A stretch of 63,670 nt of DNA, the filler included, from Thraustochytrium aureum (lineage: Eukaryota): the NCBI GenBank assembly GCA_012862495.1. It is 5 parts of one record of this genome, joined end to end, with 100 filler letters (N's around TTAATTAATTAA, not from the genome) between each part and the next. Parts side by side here need not be neighbours in the genome. Positions count along the whole stretch, not along the records: positions 58,950 to 63,670 come from BLSG01000122.1; 4 more parts are not named here. The stretch is one strand, 5' to 3'. A program made the translations under genes and the position numbers. This document shows, piece by piece, positions 58,950 through 63,670 of this stretch (positions within the stretch are counted from its first letter, which is position 1; each line of letters starts with the position of its first letter). The notes beneath the pieces are model-generated. The model was not told where the DNA came from. It did no database searches and saw nothing but the letters and a program-made list of their open reading frames with translations.

Positions 58950-61318
58950 CACTGCTGCCGGATCTCCTCCATGGAGAGCCCCGCAAGCTCGCCCTTGTCG
59001 AGCGGGTTGAGCATGGGGCACGGTTCGGCCTCGTTCGACTCGTCCAGGTGGGCCAGAGCAATCTGCGCCGTCTGTTCCGCACGCGGCAGCGTGGAGCACA
59101 AGACCTTGAGCACAGCCCCTTTGGCCCTTGTTCCGTCTGCCCGGCGAACGACCACCTCTTCCTCGCGACGATCAAACACCAGCAACGGCGTGGCGTCCTT
59201 GGATTGCATCTCCGGGTTGGAGTTGAACGCCCGCGACAGCGACGAATGGCGTACGCTGGAGACCATTCCCTCCAGGTTGTCCGACATTTCGCGCTCGACA
59301 AGAACCTCGCTGTCCTCATTCGAGTCGTCGCGCAGCCAGAGTGCCGTTTGGAGCCAGCGCGCCAGTTTGCGCGAAAACTCGACACCGAGCTCGCTGAGCC
59401 GCGAAGCCTTGGACTCTGTGGAGGGATCGAGCAGCTCGTACTCGGGGCTGAGGCTGATGCGCGAGTCCTCCGAGAGGCCGGCTCGAACAAACCAGATCGG
59501 GCGCAAGCCGATGTGCAGCGACAGCATGTAGGGCAGAATCGAGCGCGCCAGGCGCCCATAGATCCTGTTGGCAAGGATCTTGGTGCTCATATTGTACACT
59601 TTGATGTACGACATCGAGTCGTCCATCACGGGCTCGTACACGCTGGCATAGTTGCCGATGCGGCTCTGGAGGTCCTCCAGCGCCTGCTGTTCGTCCATAC
59701 CGGCAAAGTCTGGCGATGTCCGGATCTTGGCCAGCAAGTTTTCGCGCAGCACCTCCTCGTCGTCGCAGAGCACTTCAACGAACACCACGCTCGCGCGCCC
59801 TCGGCACTGCTCCAGTATCCATACGCGCCGCGCGTGAGTGCTGTTCGTAGCGTCAAAGATCCCAACCGCCGCGCCGCGCTGCTCGCCCAAAAAGCGGAGC
59901 AGGTCCTTCAAGGCGTGGTCTGCGGCCTCTTGGCGGACTTTGCGGCCCTCTTCGTGGTCGCTGTTGAAGAAGGCTGCACGGTCGGCCGCGCTTTCGCCGT
60001 CGGCGCTACTTGTGCGCTCGCGCCTGTATCGGCCCGCGTTAAAGATTTGCACGACGCGGTTGCGCCAGCAGAGGAACCGCTTGAGCTTGCGTGCTGTGAA
60101 AGACTTGCCGCGCGCGGGCAGGCCCACCATCACGACGACGAGCTTGGACGCGTCCCGCGTCAGGTGCGTGCGCTCGCTCATCAAAGTAAGCTTGCGCGAC
60201 CGCGTCGTCTCTTTTGACCCGTCATCGTAATAGTCTGGCCCGCGCGACGAGGCAGACACTGTCGAAGCGGCCGAAGACCAGGCCTCCTCAGGGGCGACCC
60301 CGCGCTTGTGGGCGCCAGCGCCTTGGCCAGTCCGGAGCGCCTCGTTGTTGCTCTGGCCGGGCGAGGCCCTGGACTCGTGCTCATCGCGCAAGGCGGCAGT
60401 GATGTGCGCTACCAAGGGGGCGCGGGTTCGCGAAGAGGGCGACTCATCCGGCAGCGACTTGTGCGCCGCAGCGGCCGCTTCAGCGATTGCCGTAGCACCT
60501 GTGCTCGAGACAAGCTCGTGCACCACCTCCGGGGTGACGAGCGTCGAGCTGGAGGACCCCATTGCAGACCGACCAGGCCCGAGCGAGGTCGCGGACTTGC
60601 CAAGTGCTGGCTGCTCGAAAGCATCCGCGCTTCGAGCTGCTGAACCGACCGCCGATTTGTCTGACCGCGCATCGTCCGCATCGTCGTCGTCACCTGTGTC
60701 GAACGAGTACGCCGACATGGCTGACGAAAACGTTTTCGCCGAAACGCCCGCCATATCGCCCGCCTTGAAGTGACCAATCGAGCACGTAAACACGTGTTCT
60801 AGATTTTCGACGCGTCTGCACACGCTGTCCCACGCCACCTCCCGATGAGTCTCCACGTCGAACACATTGTATGCGAGCTCGCCGCGGCTCCGGTTGACGT
60901 GCGCAGTGATTTTTAGAGCCAGTTCGACACCCAAGGTCGAGGTTATGTTGCCGAGAACGCCAGGGACGTTGCTCGTTACTATACACAGCCGCGTTGGCGC
61001 CGCCTCGAGGTACTTGTCGCCCGACTCCTCGCTGAAGGCGCCAACCGAGCACGAGAGCACGCCGGGCACGGCTCGGAGCGTCTCCAGCAGCGCGGCAGAC
61101 TGGGGATCACAGAGCTCCAAGTCCAGGACCTGAAAGCAGAGCCGCCCGCGGACCTTGCTCGTGTTGCCGACAATGTTCACGCCAGCTGCCCCGATCACGG
61201 TCGAGACTTGTGCGAGCACGCAGGGATCGTCCTTCTCGACCACGCAAAACCTCACAACAGACTTGCTCGCCTCCACCTCCGACATGGACGACCGTCTCAC
61301 CAGGATGGACTCATCCAT
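58950..61318 (-). CDS. PFKFB: 6-phosphofructo-2-kinase/fructose-2,6-bisphosphatase with two N-terminal ACT domains, 3' truncated
   Basis: VMVGLPARGKS, IFNAGRYRR, IFDATNSTHARR, SPDF, YIKVYN. His-phosphatase fold IWFVRAGLSE...STLPRAEQTA. ACT repeats KDDPCVLAQVS / SNVPGVLGNIT...NRSRGELAYNVFDVE. Confidence 0.9.
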
Positions 61319-62314
61319 TGTGCTTGTATGCAGCACCCCGTATTGCGTGCGTGTCGCCTCGACCCGTCCTGGCTCACCGTACGCAGCTCCGCCCAGGCCG
61401 CTTCTGGACCATCAAGCGCGGCGAGCGTTCCGCCAGCCGGCCACGCAGGCGCAGCGGCTCCGCCCCGTCTTGCGCTGTCCTTCCTCCCGTCCTTCCGTGC
61501 GCTCGCGAGTTGGCTTTGACGCACTGCGCTTCCGTATACCGTACAACACTACAACTCTACTGAGTACGATTCGAAGTTACTGCGCCGGGCCCAGCGCGGC
61601 TGGACGCGAGCGAGGCGGACCGGGCCGGGGATCCGCGAGAAAGTCCACGAGGATCGCCGCCGCAGGCCTCCTGCTCTCGCTCTGTCAGGCGCTCCTGCCA
61701 CTGCCCTCAGCCAGTTGCCGCTCTGCTGCTGCCTGCTGGCTGGCTGGCTGCGTGCTCTGTTCACGGTCCTGCACCTCCTCTTTAAGAGTCGCGCCGCACC
61801 CGAGACGGCCGCCCGCCTCAGGGCACGTAACGTACAGAGCAAACCGACGCAACTTTTGTCTCGTGCGGCAGTGTCGGTGCCCTTTAATGCGTTGCTTCAC
61901 GTGACAGGGTGTGGGCTGGTGACGCGGCACAAACGCCACTGCGTCGTGACCAGCCGCGCGCAATCCTCGTCACAGGGGTTGCAGGTGTGACGAGCTTGAG
62001 GGAGAAGATGTGGTGCAGGCGCAGGCAGGCAGCAGGCAAGCAAGTCGGCCGGCGCGCAGGCAGCGCGCGGATAGCAAGCAAGCAAGCCAGAGAGGCAGGC
62101 GAGCAGCGCGTGGAGCAGGACGGCAGGAAGGCAGGCGCAGAGCGAGGCGGGCAGGCCGACGAGCGTTCGCTGGGCCTGGTCGTCGTCGCCGCCTGTCAGT
62201 TGCTCGCTGGCGCGCTCGCTGGCGCGCTTGCAGGCTCGCTTGCAGGCTCGCTTGCTGCCTTCCTGCCTGCCTGCCTCGACACCGCGCGCGCCGGAGCGGG
62301 CCCCGTGAAGGAAA

Positions 62315-63670
62315 TGGAGTCTCCCGGCGCGGATGCCCCGGTGCCGGCAGCGCCAACAAAGCGAAAGCTCGAAGCGGCGGGCGCTGAGGCGCAAAAGAAA
62401 CGCAAGCCGTCACACGAAAAGGGACCAGACGACCCAAAGTCCGCGCCGCAACGGAAGACGAAGGGAGCACCTGGCGGGCAAGGCGCGCCGACGGCGCCAC
62501 GCAACGAAGGCTCGCTCTGTGTCTCAACGACGCCCCCCCCCGACCCCCCACGCCACCGGGGTCCACGAGCAAGCCTGAGACGGAAGAACGCAACTCGTCA
62601 ACGCCAACAAAATCCAGGTCGACAGAGGATATGGCGCTCTACATCACCTCCCCCACGGGGAAGAGGCCAAGTTCACACACTTGAAAGGACTCGCATTAAC
62701 CAAGACACGGATGGTGGTCAGCGCAAGAGACGAGCCGAGCAAGCGCGAGGTTTGCATCAAGCTCTGGTACGGCCCCGCAGAAGACGACTCGGACACGCTT
62801 CAGACCGAGCTCGACGTGCTCGCGGCCATCAAGCATCTGAACGTCTCGTGCCTGCCCAAGCTCCTGATGCACGGCGAGTCGAGCAACGAGGTCCAGGCCC
62901 TCGTCCTCGACTCGCTCGGACGCCCTCTCAACGAAGCACGCTCCGAGTATGCGCTCGCCTTTGTGCAAAACATGCTGAACGAACTGGGATCCGCAATCGT
63001 CGAGCTTGACAACGCCGGCATCCTGCACAGAGACATCCGGCCAAGCAACATTGTCATCAAAGAAGTTCCTGCGCGACCGAGCCAGCTTTTCCTGGTCGAG
63101 TTTGGCCGCGCCGTGATCAAAGCCCGTGGTGTTCCCAAGGGTATTCGTGGCAACCCCGTGTTTGCCTCCGCCGCCGAGCTGCTCGGGACCGTGGACCAGC
63201 CCACTCTTCTGGACGACTTGGAGCCGCTCCTGTACACTGCGGTCTTCCTATGGAATGGCGAGAGCAAGTTTCGGAGCTCTGCGCCTCTATACCGCTCACT
63301 CAATGGCACGGACGATCCCAAACTGCAATACCGCATTGTCAAACACCGCGTCAACATCCTGTTGGATATCCAGAAACGTTCTGCGCAGATTTTCGAGCAG
63401 TGCTCAAAAGACTTGAAGCTACGGTTTTCCAAAGCGATCGACTGCGCGCGAAACGCTCTAGAGGTGTTCCGGAACCGTCATGGGATAGATGCTCTTCCTG
63501 CGTTTGACCCCCATAGCGAGCAGATCCCGGGCGCCACTCCCACAGGAAAGCGCCCCAAGTCCAAGCCCGGGCTCAGCTCCCCAAGTCGGTCTGGGAAGCC
63601 AACGAGCGGGTACGCGAGCTCCTCAACGTCTGGCAAGGCCGTGCTAAAGGCTTCTGCCCCCCGCCCCACC
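62315..63670 (+). CDS. Divergent CK1/fungal-type-like protein kinase, runs off the window end (absent from the ORF track)
   Basis: Frame from ~62660 reads EVCIKLW, ELDVL, LVLDSLG, ILHRDIRPSNIVI, LVEFG, GNPVFAS, DDLEPLLY. The 5' part needs frameshifts. Confidence 0.75.

Overview
Eukaryotic nuclear DNA: GC-rich, gene-dense, with few short GT-AG introns that have CTGAC/CTAAC branch points. The gene content (flagellar CFAP61, mitochondrial HslV, cycloartenol synthase, WRKY19-like zinc-finger repeats) and GCAG/CCTG microsatellites suggest a heterotrophic stramenopile, probably a thraustochytrid (inference). The assembly is a rough draft. It has many N-gaps, four artificial N-TTAATTAATTAA-N linkers that split the window into five blocks whose adjacency is not supported, and recurrent 1-nt frameshifts. 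About 30 protein genes are supported. The most unusual items are domain architectures: tandem SerA-type ACT domains fused to a PFK-2 whose bisphosphatase lacks its catalytic His, a TPR-protein phosphatase inhibitor-2 fusion, a six-repeat (2x R1R2R3) MYB, a Bmp-domain class C GPCR, a CaMKK-like kinase with a ~300-aa activation-loop insert, and an intact but catalytically degenerate IS630/Tc1 transposase. A cycloartenol synthase also sits head-to-head with a sterol-desaturase-family gene. No CRISPR array, tRNA or rRNA was recognised. All domain calls come from motif recognition by eye, with no database searches.
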